41,940 bases of DNA, from NCBI GenBank assembly GCA_903831095.1, contig CAIKWD010000029.1, positions 1-41,940 on the forward strand. Direction: 5' to 3'. Numbering within the stretch: the first letter of the stretch is position 1; each line of letters begins with the position of its first letter. The notes below the pieces were generated by a model. The model was not told the DNA's origin and made no database searches. It saw only the letters and a list, made by a program, of their open reading frames with translations. Source of the DNA: Candidatus Staskawiczbacteria bacterium. GTDB lineage: Bacteria > Patescibacteriota > Minisyncoccia > Minisyncoccales > Staskawiczbacteraceae. This document shows positions 27,675 to 36,667 of this stretch, in pieces. A program made the position numbers and the translations under genes.

Positions 27675-28571
27675 ATGCCAAGCATTTACAAACAAGCAGA
27701 TTCAAATACAAGAAAAACCTGGTTTCTATTAACTGGGTTTTTGGTATTTATAATTGCCATAGGCTGGCTGTTTAGTGTGGCCGATCGAAATCCGGCTATT
27801 TTATTTATAGCTATATTTTTGAGTGTATTTACATCTATTGGAAGTTATTGGTGGTCTGACAAGATTGTTTTGGGAATGTATCGAGCTGTTCCAATAGAAC
27901 ACAATAAAAACCCAGAGCTTTACCACGTTGTAGAAAATCTTTGTATAACAGCTGGGCTTCCTTTGCCAAGAATTTTTATTATTCCGGAAATGCAGCCAAA
28001 TGCTTTTGCAACAGGGCGAGATAAAAAACACGCAGTAATTTGTGTAACACAAGGGCTTCTCAACCGGCTGGATAAAACAGAATTGCAGGGAGTCTTGGCT
28101 CATGAATTGTCACATATTAGAAACAAAGACATGCTGTTGTCTACTGTTGTAGCAGTGTTGGCTGGAGTTGTGGCAATTATGGCTAATTTATTTATGAGGA
28201 TAAGTTTTAGGCGAAGGTCAAATGATGAAAATGGAAATCTTGGAGCAATTTTAATGGTTGTAGGAATTATTGCGGCAATTCTAGCTCCAATAGCTGCTAT
28301 AATAGTTCAGCTGGCAATTTCAAGGAAAAGGGAATTTTTAGCAGATGCTGATGGAGCACTTTTAACCAGATACCCTGAGGGGTTAGCCAGAGCGTTGGAA
28401 AAAATTTCTTCAGATCCTACACCAATGAGAATCACAAATGATGCCACAGCTTCTTTATTTATTGATTCACCTTACAAGGGAGAACAGAAAACACATTGGT
28501 TTGCCAAGTTATTTTCTACCCATCCACCAATCGAAGAACGTATAAAAATATTAAGAGATATGGAAGTTTAA
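27675..28571 (+). CDS. htpX: Zinc metalloprotease HtpX (M48)
   Basis: PNAFATG, AHELSH, SRKREFLAD, FSTHPP. Confidence 0.96.
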   Translation: MPSIYKQADSNTRKTWFLLTGFLVFIIAIGWLFSVADRNPAILFIAIFLSVFTSIGSYWWSDKIVLGMYRAVPIEHNKNPELYHVVENLCITAGLPLPRIFIIPEMQPNAFATGRDKKHAVICVTQGLLNRLDKTELQGVLAHELSHIRNKDMLLSTVVAVLAGVVAIMANLFMRISFRRRSNDENGNLGAILMVVGIIAAILAPIAAIIVQLAISRKREFLADADGALLTRYPEGLARALEKISSDPTPMRITNDATASLFIDSPYKGEQKTHWFAKLFSTHPPIEERIKILRDMEV

Positions 28572-28573
28572 AT

Positions 28574-28990
28574 ATGAAGATATATTTTGCAGGATCAATA
28601 AGAGCGGGGAGGCAAGACATTAAAAAATATGCCGAGATTATAAATTATTTGAAAGGCTACGGTCAGGTGCTTACCGAACACGTTGGAAAAGAAAATCTTG
28701 ATGAAGTTGAGAAAAATATGACAGACCAGCATATTTATGAGCAGGATATGAAATGGATGAAGGAAAGTGATGTGCTTATTGCCGATATTACCGTAGCTTC
28801 AATTGGAGTGGGATATGAAATAGCCAAGGGAGAGGATATGGGAAAGAAGATTTTGTGCATATGTAAGAAGCCGGAAGAGGGAAAACAAATATCTGCCATG
28901 ATAGCGGGAGATAAAAATATCAAAACAGAATTTTATGAAACATTTGAGGATATAAAGAATATCTTAGACAATTTCCTAAAGAAGGTATAG
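28574..28990 (+). CDS. Deoxynucleoside 5'-monophosphate N-glycosidase (DNPH1/Rcl-like, NDT family)
   Basis: MKIYFAGSIRAGR.D, VLTEHV, IYEQD..WM, S.GVGYE; ATG at 28574. Confidence 0.88.
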   Translation: MKIYFAGSIRAGRQDIKKYAEIINYLKGYGQVLTEHVGKENLDEVEKNMTDQHIYEQDMKWMKESDVLIADITVASIGVGYEIAKGEDMGKKILCICKKPEEGKQISAMIAGDKNIKTEFYETFEDIKNILDNFLKKV

Positions 28991-29003
28991 AATACAAACA
29001 CAT

Positions 29004-29087
29004 GGAGGAGTCGCATAGTGGCCATTGCAACGCCCTGGAAAGGCGTGACCTTAACGGGTCCCGTGAGTTCGAGTCTCACCTCCTCCG
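29004..29087 (+). tRNA. tRNA-Ser(GGA), CCA not encoded
   Basis: GGAGGAG/CTCCTCC acceptor, ACGCC-CT-GGA-AA-GGCGT, long variable arm, GTTCGAGTC; promoter TAGACA-17-TAGAAT at 28965-28993. Confidence 0.96.
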
Positions 29088-29106
29088 CATTAAAATTTAT
29101 TATTTT

Positions 29107-29208
29107 GCTCGGCAACAAGCTTTTTTCCGTCTGCTGGTAACCCCCTTTGTCCTTCGAATACGCTCAGGACAAGTGGACCAGGGGACTGCAAAAAGTTCAT
29201 TGCCTCGC
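29107..29208. repeat. ~102-bp palindromic element (GCTCG...CTCGC family) with nested CCTTCG..CTCAGG element
   Basis: GCTCGGCAACAAGCTTTT...AAAAGTTCATTGCCTCGC; inner TTGTCCTTCGAATACGCTCAGGACAA at 29147-29172. Confidence 0.78.
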
Positions 29209-29218
29209 TTAAAAAAAT

Positions 29219-30007
29219 ATGGAAGAACAAACAATGAAATTATTAAACAAGACGTTTATGCTTGCTGCTATTTTAGTAGTGGGCGTTTTGGTATTTTTTG
29301 TAGGACAAATGGTTTATCAGTCGCAGATATTGGATCAGCAAAATGCTAATCAAATTACAGTTACTGGCTCAGGGAAAATTTACGCTAAGCCAGATGTTGC
29401 TGTAATAAGCTTGGGAGTTACGGCAGAAGCTTCAACAGTTGCTGAAGTTACAAAAGCAAATACAGAAAAAATGAACGCTGTAATTGCTGCAGTTAAAGCA
29501 TTGAATGTAGATGAAAAAGATATTCAAACTACAAATTATAATTTGACTCCAAATTATGATATTCAGCCAATGGTTTATAGTTCTTATTATCCTGTAAAAA
29601 CCACCAATAAAATTATTGGATATACTTTACAACAAAATATTCAGGTAAAAATTAGAGAAAATAATTTTGAAAAAATTGGAGATATTTTAGCCAAAACTAC
29701 AACAGCAGGAGCTAATTTGGTAGGAGACTTGCAGTTTACAATTGATAATCCAGAAAAATTTAGGGACCAGGCAAGGGCCAAAGCAATTGCAGAAGCAAAA
29801 ACCAATGCTAGTAATTTAGCAAAGGAATCTGGGATAAAATTGGGCAAATTGATAAATGTCTACGAAGGGTATAATTCATATCCAGTTATGTACAGCTCGG
29901 CAAAAGCAATGGGAGCAGGAGCTGATTCTGCAGTACCAGTGCCAACAATTCAACCTGGTCAACAGGAAATAGATGTTTCTATTAATTTAACTTACAAGGT
30001 TAAGTAA
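29219..30007 (+). CDS. SIMPL domain (DUF541/YggE-like) protein
   Basis: ITVTGSG...AKPDVA.I.LGV, KDIQT..Y.L.P.Y, AR.KA...AK..A..LA...G.KLG, IQPG. Confidence 0.92.
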   Translation: MEEQTMKLLNKTFMLAAILVVGVLVFFVGQMVYQSQILDQQNANQITVTGSGKIYAKPDVAVISLGVTAEASTVAEVTKANTEKMNAVIAAVKALNVDEKDIQTTNYNLTPNYDIQPMVYSSYYPVKTTNKIIGYTLQQNIQVKIRENNFEKIGDILAKTTTAGANLVGDLQFTIDNPEKFRDQARAKAIAEAKTNASNLAKESGIKLGKLINVYEGYNSYPVMYSSAKAMGAGADSAVPVPTIQPGQQEIDVSINLTYKVK

Positions 30008-30010
30008 AAT

Positions 30011-30643
30011 ATGAAAAAACTTATTATTTTAATTTGTGCTTTGGTTCTCATAGCTATAATAGCAGTTGGTATTTATCTTAATATTCCAATTGAGAAAAAA
30101 GCAGGATTATTTATTAAAAATGCGGGTAATAGTTGTGTTATACTTGGGGAATTGGTAAAAACTAGTACTCAATCTGGTCCACCAATAGCAGATTTAAATT
30201 CTTGTTGCGCTGGTTTGACTCCAACTTTTCCTGTGTCTGATTTTGATGGAAATTGTACTAATACATATTTGGAAAAAGGACCTTCAGGCCCTGCCAATTA
30301 TTTGTGTCTTCAATGCGGAGATGGAAATTGTGATCCAAATTATGAGAATAGGTGTAATTGTCCTAATGATTGTGGACAACAATTAAATACTTTTTTAATC
30401 CCAAAAGATCTTAAAGATTTGAATTCATGTGTTAGTAAAAGTGATTGTGAATTTGTTGAACCAAAAACTTGCTGTAGATGTTATGAAGCAATTAATAAAA
30501 AATACGCTAAATATTGGGGTTCTTTAAGTAAACAAGATTGTAATTCTTTGGATATTGTATGCCAAATGTGTCAATATTATGCAAAAGATTTAAGTTTAGA
30601 TTGTATAAATAATGTTTGTCAGGCAAATCCGATTGTAAAATAA
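30011..30643 (+). CDS. Membrane-anchored Cys-rich exported protein
   Basis: N-terminal TM; SCCAGL, CGDGNCD..ENRCNCPNDC, C...SDC......CC.C..AINK. Confidence 0.82.
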   Translation: MKKLIILICALVLIAIIAVGIYLNIPIEKKAGLFIKNAGNSCVILGELVKTSTQSGPPIADLNSCCAGLTPTFPVSDFDGNCTNTYLEKGPSGPANYLCLQCGDGNCDPNYENRCNCPNDCGQQLNTFLIPKDLKDLNSCVSKSDCEFVEPKTCCRCYEAINKKYAKYWGSLSKQDCNSLDIVCQMCQYYAKDLSLDCINNVCQANPIVK

Positions 30644-30663
30644 TTATCTAAAGTTTTTCAATT

Positions 30664-31023
30664 ATGGACTGTATTTTTTGTAAAATTGTAAAGGGGGAAA
30701 TTCCAAGCTATAAAGTTTATGAAGATGAAAATTTTCTGGCTTTTTTGGATATAAATCCGCAATCTGTAGGGCATACTCAAATAATTCCTAAAAATCATTA
30801 TAAATTTGTTTGGGATGTGCCAAATGCTGGAGAATATTTTGAAGTTGCCAAGAAAATTGCTTTGGCTCAGCAAAAGGCTTTTGGGCAGGAAGTGATAATC
30901 AGCAGAATTATTGGCACCGAAGTACCACATGCACATATTTGGATTTTTCCAATGCCTGACGGCGCTGTTGGAGACAAAAGTGATCTTAAAAATAACGCTG
31001 AAAAAATCAAAGCAAATTTATAA
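30664..31023 (+). CDS. HIT family protein
   Basis: DCIFCKIVKGEIP, AFLDINP...GHT.IIPK.H, VPHAHIW. Confidence 0.93.
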   Translation: MDCIFCKIVKGEIPSYKVYEDENFLAFLDINPQSVGHTQIIPKNHYKFVWDVPNAGEYFEVAKKIALAQQKAFGQEVIISRIIGTEVPHAHIWIFPMPDGAVGDKSDLKNNAEKIKANL

Positions 31024-32825
31024 TGGATTCACAAATAGAGGAAATAAAAAATAAGCTTAACATAGTTGATATAGTTGGAAGCTACGTTAAGCTTACAAAA
31101 ACTGGAGCTAATTTCCGGGGGATTTGTCCATTTCATTCTGAGAAAGGGCCATCTTTTTTTGTTAGCCCAGCCAGGCAAATGTGGCATTGTTTTGGGTGTG
31201 GAGCTGGCTCTTCAATATACGACTTTGTAATGCAAATTGAGGGAGTGGAATTTGGCGACGCCTTGAAAATTTTAGCTTCCAAAGCTGGAGTTGAATTGAA
31301 AAGAGAAAACCCGCAATTGCGAACAGAAAGAATGAGACTGTATGAAATTTGTGACTTGGCCTGCTCGTTTTTTGAAAAGCAATTGGGTAACAGTGCTTAT
31401 GGAAAAGATGCCAAGGAATATTTGTTAAAGCGCGGAATTACTGAGGAGAGCATTAAAAAATGGAGATTAGGATATTCGCCAGATACTTGGCAGGGATTGT
31501 CTGACTTTTTAGTTGGCCGAGGGTACAACAGAGATGAAATTGTAAGGGCTGGTTTGGCCGTGCAATCTGATAAAGGAAACAATCCATATGACAGATTTCG
31601 TGGAAGAATTATTTTTCCAATTTTTGATTTAAATTCACAGGTAATTGGTTTTGGAGCAAGGATTTTTAAGGAAATAGACAAACAAGAAACTGCTAAGTAT
31701 ATAAATACTCCTCAGACTTTGCTGTATGACAAGAGCAATGTTTTGTACGGAATAAATTATGCCAAGCTTTCCATAAGGAAGAGCAACCAGTGTGTTTTAA
31801 CTGAAGGGTATACAGACGCAATTATGTGCCACCAAGCTGGGTTTGAAAATACAGTTGCTGTTTCTGGAACTGCTTTGACACCTTTGCATTTAAACAATTT
31901 GAAAAGATATACTGACAATTTGCTTTTGTCTTTTGATATGGATGTGGCAGGAGATAATGCAACAAAAAGGGGAATAAATTTGGCTGAGTCGCAGGGGTTT
32001 AACATTAAAGTCATAGATACTTATTCTGGAGCCAAGGATCCGGCAGAAATTATTTTGGAAAATCCGCAAAACTGGGAGGAGTCTGTTAAAAATGCTAGGT
32101 CAATTATGGATTTTTATTTTGATTCTGCTTTTGCCAAGAATGATAAAAAAACTCCGCAGGGCAAAAAGGAAATTGGAAAAATTGTTTTGCCAGCCATTAA
32201 AAGATTACAAAATAAAATAGAGCAGTCCCACTGGGTTCAAAAGCTTGCTGAAAAATTGGGAGTAAGCGCAGACGCAGTTATGGAAGAGATGAAAAGTATT
32301 AAAATAGACAACACTCATCAAAACCAGACTGTTGTGGGGAATAAGGCTATAGAAACTCCGGCGAATAACTTTACATCAGAAGGCAGGAAGAAACTTTTGG
32401 AAGAAAGGATAATTTCATTGGTTTTTAAGAATCCATCTAATATAACGTTAATAAAGGAAGAGGATTATAAATTATTTTGTGAGATTAACGGAAAATTTTT
32501 GGAAAATCTTAATAAAGTTGCTTTGCCTGTTTTAAATTCAGCAGAAGATGAAAAAGAAGAGAAACTTAAAGCTATGTTTGCTGATATTTCTCAGACAGAA
32601 GAGTATAAAAATGCTTTTGGTGTTCTTTCTTTAATGGCAGAAGCAAATGAGGAAATAGACGACCCAGAAGAGGTAAACCTTTGCCTTTTTCAGCTAAAAA
32701 GGTTAGAATTGAAAAATGAACTTGGCAGGCTGTCAGGGGAGATCAAAAACGACCCAAATCAGGCCAGCCAGGACAATCTCAAAGAGTTTGACAAGAAAGC
32801 TAAAGAATTGCATTTTAAAAATTAG
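31023..32825 (+). CDS. dnaG: DNA primase
   Basis: CPFHSEK.PSF...WHCFGC, DRFRGRIIFP, KYINTPQT, EGYTD, FDMD.AG. Confidence 0.98.
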   Translation: MDSQIEEIKNKLNIVDIVGSYVKLTKTGANFRGICPFHSEKGPSFFVSPARQMWHCFGCGAGSSIYDFVMQIEGVEFGDALKILASKAGVELKRENPQLRTERMRLYEICDLACSFFEKQLGNSAYGKDAKEYLLKRGITEESIKKWRLGYSPDTWQGLSDFLVGRGYNRDEIVRAGLAVQSDKGNNPYDRFRGRIIFPIFDLNSQVIGFGARIFKEIDKQETAKYINTPQTLLYDKSNVLYGINYAKLSIRKSNQCVLTEGYTDAIMCHQAGFENTVAVSGTALTPLHLNNLKRYTDNLLLSFDMDVAGDNATKRGINLAESQGFNIKVIDTYSGAKDPAEIILENPQNWEESVKNARSIMDFYFDSAFAKNDKKTPQGKKEIGKIVLPAIKRLQNKIEQSHWVQKLAEKLGVSADAVMEEMKSIKIDNTHQNQTVVGNKAIETPANNFTSEGRKKLLEERIISLVFKNPSNITLIKEEDYKLFCEINGKFLENLNKVALPVLNSAEDEKEEKLKAMFADISQTEEYKNAFGVLSLMAEANEEIDDPEEVNLCLFQLKRLELKNELGRLSGEIKNDPNQASQDNLKEFDKKAKELHFKN

Positions 32826-32849
32826 AAAATCTAAATTTTTTTAAACTGA

Positions 32850-34028
32850 ATGGCTAAAAAAAATAAGAAAGTAAAAGTTAAGAAGGTTGTTAGGGCAAAA
32901 AAATCTTCTAAGAAAGCTAAAAAAGGCATACAAACAAAGATTATCAGCTCATCTAGAAAATCTGCCATAGACCAGGCTCAGCTGGATGCTTTGTTAAAGA
33001 AAGGTGAAGACCGAGGGTTTGTAACAACCTCGGAGATTTTGTATGCTTTTCCAAAGATAGAAATGGACATAGAAGGTTTGGAAAAAGTTTATGATGATTT
33101 TAAAGATAGGGGAATTCAGATAAAGGAAATGCAGGAATTTTTGGAGGTAAAATCAAAAAAGGAAAAGAAAGGCAAAAAAGCTTTAGTTGGAAAGATTGAT
33201 CCTATACAAATTTACTTAAAGGAGATTGGAAAATCAAGCTTTTTGTCTGCCAAAGAAGAAAAGGAGTTGGCTAAGAAAATTGAAGCAGATGACGAGGATG
33301 CAAAAAACAGGCTGGCTTTGGCTAACCTTAGGCTTGTAGTTTCCATTGCAAAGAAATATGTTGGCAGGTCGCCAAACCTAACTTTGCTTGATTTGATTCA
33401 GGAGGGAAATCTAGGCTTGTTTAAGGCTGTAAAAAAGTTTGACTGGAGAAAAGGATATAAATTCTCAACCTACGCAACCTGGTGGATTAGGCAGTCAATT
33501 ACAAGGGCTTTAGCTGATCAGGCAAGAACCATTAGAATTCCAGTGCACATGATTGAGACAATTTCCAAATATACAAAAATCAGAAAAAATCTTTTACAGG
33601 AATTGGGCAGAGAACCTTTGGCGGAAGAAATTGCAGCTGAAATGGGTTTGGAAGTGGACAAAGTTCATCATATAAGAAAAATTGCGCAGAAAGCTGTATC
33701 TTTGGAAACTCCAGTTGGAGAAGATAAAGATAAACAGGATAGCGTTTTGGCCGAGTTTATAAAAGATGACAAAACAATTGCTCCAAATACAGAAGCTGCA
33801 AGAAAACTTTTAAAAGAAAGATTGAAAGAAATTTCCAGCGAGCTTACCCCAAGAGAATTGAAAATTTTGGGAATGAGGTTTGGTTTGGACGACGGAGTTA
33901 TGCATACTCTTGAAGAAACTGGAGAAGAATTTGGCGTAACCCGTGAAAGAATTAGGCAGATTCAAGCCAAAGCATTGGAAAAGCTAAGAAAACACAAAGA
34001 ACTCAGAAAAGTCAGAGACTACTACTAA
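32850..34028 (+). CDS. rpoD: Primary sigma factor
   Basis: [55 protein letters not shown]; follows dnaG. Confidence 0.97.
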   Translation: MAKKNKKVKVKKVVRAKKSSKKAKKGIQTKIISSSRKSAIDQAQLDALLKKGEDRGFVTTSEILYAFPKIEMDIEGLEKVYDDFKDRGIQIKEMQEFLEVKSKKEKKGKKALVGKIDPIQIYLKEIGKSSFLSAKEEKELAKKIEADDEDAKNRLALANLRLVVSIAKKYVGRSPNLTLLDLIQEGNLGLFKAVKKFDWRKGYKFSTYATWWIRQSITRALADQARTIRIPVHMIETISKYTKIRKNLLQELGREPLAEEIAAEMGLEVDKVHHIRKIAQKAVSLETPVGEDKDKQDSVLAEFIKDDKTIAPNTEAARKLLKERLKEISSELTPRELKILGMRFGLDDGVMHTLEETGEEFGVTRERIRQIQAKALEKLRKHKELRKVRDYY

Positions 34029-34040
34029 AAAATATAAAAC

Positions 34041-34077
34041 AAAAAACCGTCCCGACTTAGGTCGTGGGCGGTTTTTT
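34041..34077. terminator. Bidirectional terminator
   Basis: aaaaaaCCGTCCCGAC-ttag-GTCGTGGGCGGtttttt. Confidence 0.85.
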
Positions 34078-34086
34078 AATGTTTAA

Positions 34087-34464
34087 TTAAGCAGTGAATC
34101 CAAAGTAGGTTATTATCAATCCAATTATAATTCCAAGTACTAATGCATAAGGCAAGAACTGAGATTTTTCTATGTTCTTTGTATATTTTTTAACCAATTC
34201 TGGCATAAATAACAAAGACAAACCTTTTATTAACGACAACCAACCTAAAATTGTTATAATGATCTGCCAGTTTTTAACCCAAATATTGTGGGCTAAAATC
34301 ATGGAGATACCAATTACAAAACTGGTCATGCCCCACATAAAGAAGCTTTCTTCTGTTTCTAATTGATTAAAAATCTTTTTTAAGTGTTTTTCCTTTATTA
34401 ACAAGGCAAAACAAATAACTACTAGTGAAATTCCCCAAATTTCTGCTAAATAATTTGATAGCAT
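34087..34464 (-). CDS. Hypothetical 4-TM membrane protein
   Basis: 125 aa hydrophobic; HNIW...WQIIIT.LGWL..IKG. Confidence 0.82.
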   Translation of the reverse strand: MLSNYLAEIWGISLVVICFALLIKEKHLKKIFNQLETEESFFMWGMTSFVIGISMILAHNIWVKNWQIIITILGWLSLIKGLSLLFMPELVKKYTKNIEKSQFLPYALVLGIIIGLIITYFGFTA

Positions 34465-34477
34465 ATTTTTATTTTTA

Positions 34478-34596
34478 GCTTAGCAACAAACTTTTTTACG
34501 TTCGGCAATAAACTTTTCTGCGCTATTTCGCCACTTCGTGTGCGAAGGGCTTTCGAAAAGTTCATTACCTCACTTACATTTAGTTTATTGACTCGC
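34478..34596. repeat. Nested pair of GCTCG...CTCGC family elements
   Basis: Inner GTTCGGCAATAAACTTTTC...GAAAAGTTCATTACCTCAC (34500-34573); outer GCTTAGCAACAAACT...AGTTTATTGACTCGC. Confidence 0.7.
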
Positions 34597-34620
34597 TATA
34601 GTTAATATTAAACCGACCTT

Positions 34621-35475
34621 TTAGTAAATTGCGCTTAAATCTATGTCTTTGGCATCTTTTACTTTTCCCTTGTGTTTTCCCATGCATTCGTCAGACGAGC
34701 GATGAGTGTATTCGTAGATTATTTTTTTTCTTTCTTCGGTAGACAAGTCCTGCTTGTTGATTGCCGGGCCACCTATGCATCCGCCATTGCAGTTTAGCAA
34801 GTCTAAAAACTTATATTGTCTGCTCCCGCTTTTAAAGTCTTCAAGCACTTTTTTTATATTTCCAGCTCCGTCGGTTACTAAAATTTCTCCTTCTTTGAAA
34901 AGTTTTTGTATATGCGAAGTAGCTGCCAAGCCTCCTGATATTGGATAAATTTTTGTGTATTCTCTTATTAAAGAGTCAAAGCAAATTTTATCTGAAAAAT
35001 CTTCTTCTTTTATTCCTGCTTGGTCAAAAATTTTCTTCAAATCTTTCAGCGTTATAACTGCGTCTATTTCCTTATATTTTGGTGCTTCCAAAAGTTCTTT
35101 TGCCCAACATGGAGAAATAAAAACAATTTTATAATTTGGGTTTATTTTCTTGCATATTTTTGCCATGGCTGCCATTGGGGAAACAACTGGCATTAAATAC
35201 TTTGCCAATTCTGGATATTGAGCTTTTACTAAAGCTACAACAGTAGGGCAGGGGCTAGAAATATATAATTCTTGCTTTGGGTTTTCTTTTATATAATTGG
35301 CGTAGGCCCAGTTTACCATTCTAGCTCCAAAAGTGAGCTCGGTCACTTCTTTAAAACCAAGCTTGTAAAGCATGCCAATAATATTTGGATATTTAAAATC
35401 AATTGCAAAAGTTGGAGCTAACATGGCAATAGCTTGGTTGTTTTTTATGAGGTCAATTTTTTCTTGTAGAGTCAT
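34621..35475 (-). CDS. [FeFe]-hydrogenase large-subunit C-terminal-domain protein, stand-alone
   Basis: MLAPTF, ISSPCP, VVSPM, VFISPCWAK, LLNCNGGCIGGP; ATG 35475 follows the upstream small ORF stop. Confidence 0.85.
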   Translation of the reverse strand: MTLQEKIDLIKNNQAIAMLAPTFAIDFKYPNIIGMLYKLGFKEVTELTFGARMVNWAYANYIKENPKQELYISSPCPTVVALVKAQYPELAKYLMPVVSPMAAMAKICKKINPNYKIVFISPCWAKELLEAPKYKEIDAVITLKDLKKIFDQAGIKEEDFSDKICFDSLIREYTKIYPISGGLAATSHIQKLFKEGEILVTDGAGNIKKVLEDFKSGSRQYKFLDLLNCNGGCIGGPAINKQDLSTEERKKIIYEYTHRSSDECMGKHKGKVKDAKDIDLSAIY

Positions 35476-35476
35476 G

Positions 35477-35620
35477 TTAGGCTTTATTTTTAACAATCCA
35501 CTGGTTGTAGAGGTTCCATCCTACAAAAACTAAAATAATTATAAAAAACACAACCAAGTGCCAAGTTGGCACTGTTAAAAAACTTACTACTGACAAAATT
35601 ACGCTTCCTACTGTTACCAT
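35477..35620 (-). CDS. Small membrane protein, 47 aa (not in ORF track)
   Basis: MVTVGSVILSVVSFLTVPTWHLVVFFIIILVFVGWNLYNQWIVKNKA; fills the gap, 1 nt before the next ATG. Confidence 0.6.
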   Translation of the reverse strand: MVTVGSVILSVVSFLTVPTWHLVVFFIIILVFVGWNLYNQWIVKNKA

Positions 35621-35635
35621 ATTTTTTTAAATTAT

Positions 35636-35938
35636 TTATTTTTTAGGCAAATTTCCTAAAATGCCGGTAAAAAAATCTTTTATCTTGTCTACAAAGTAAA
35701 ATAAAGGAGACAAAATCCAGTTAAAATCCGAGCCCCACTTGTTTAAATTTAAAGATATTCCAAATTTTGATAAAACTTCGTCTATATTAAACCCAAAAAA
35801 CCTCTGCAAAAGGAAAATCATTATCAAAATAGATATGATTCCAATTGCAATTTTTATTATTGGGCTGACAATGAATTTTATCAAAAAATATGCAATTACT
35901 ATTGCTACCACTATTTCCACTAATGTTGCTACATCCAT
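35636..35938 (-). CDS. Hypothetical membrane protein
   Basis: 100 aa, two N-terminal TMs. Confidence 0.75.
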   Translation of the reverse strand: MDVATLVEIVVAIVIAYFLIKFIVSPIIKIAIGIISILIMIFLLQRFFGFNIDEVLSKFGISLNLNKWGSDFNWILSPLFYFVDKIKDFFTGILGNLPKK

Positions 35939-36023
35939 GATTGTTTCTGTTTTTAAAAGTATTATATAATTTTACCATAAAACCAAAAAACATTGCAATA
36001 ATTTGCAATAAAAAAGCCCAAGA

Positions 36024-36263
36024 TTATCTTGAGCTCAGCTCTATTGCTTTGCTGGTTATTATCATAATCCAGCCCGCAAATTGTATAATATATGCAACAA
36101 TTAATTGTTTTATCGCCTTTTCATTAGCTTCAGAGTCCCATTCTGCAAGGATTGGGTTGATTCGGTCTACGCTTGATTTGAAAAAGCCAAAAATTACCAG
36201 AATTGCAGAAGCAATTATGAAGATAATTCCTCCCCGAAAAAGCATGAATAACATTATATTCAT
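36024..36263 (-). CDS. Hypothetical 2-TM protein, 79 aa
   Basis: SD AAAGGAG before ATG 36263; the longer ORF-track start overlaps the upstream gene. Confidence 0.6.
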   Translation of the reverse strand: MNIMLFMLFRGGIIFIIASAILVIFGFFKSSVDRINPILAEWDSEANEKAIKQLIVAYIIQFAGWIMIITSKAIELSSR

Positions 36264-36282
36264 TTTTTCTCCTTTCAAAAAT

Positions 36283-36570
36283 CTATAGCCTAGCCATAGT
36301 TTTTTTTGCTTTAGCCAAAGTGTCATATGACTCATTTTCCCATTGGCCATTTTTGTGATGGCTTTTGCAAACTGTTTTGCGGGAAGCTGGCATTCTGACA
36401 ACATAAAGCTGTTCTTTTTCCTGGATTTCTTTTAACACCTCAACTATGTCATAAACACAGGTGGGGCATCTGCATCCGCAGTATCCGCGCTTTTTCTGTT
36501 TGTCTCGGAAACCGTTGAGAATCCTGACGCCCAATTCTTCAATTGAAATTTTCACTTTTTTATTCGGCAT
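36283..36570 (-). CDS. Small Cys/His-rich hypothetical protein
   Basis: YCGCRCPTC...CKSHH; SD AAGGAG; promoter TTGACA-17-TAATCT at 36625-36653. Confidence 0.7.
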   Translation of the reverse strand: MPNKKVKISIEELGVRILNGFRDKQKKRGYCGCRCPTCVYDIVEVLKEIQEKEQLYVVRMPASRKTVCKSHHKNGQWENESYDTLAKAKKTMARL

Positions 36571-36667
36571 TTCTTCTCTCCTTTTTTAAATGAACTGTTA
36601 AAACACTAAATCTACGATATTTATAGATTATATAAAATTTTGTTTTGTGTCAATTAAAAAACTGCCG

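Noticed and set aside
11241-29087. tRNA genes as integration sites bounding an island
   Set aside because: No duplicated tRNA 3' end or integrase seen
29002-29349. 115-aa ORF in the track
   Set aside because: Overlaps tRNA-Ser, a repeat element and the SIMPL gene; spurious
35570-35590. Suspected frameshift in the small ORF upstream of the hydrogenase-like gene
   Set aside because: The run has six bases and keeps the 47-aa frame intact
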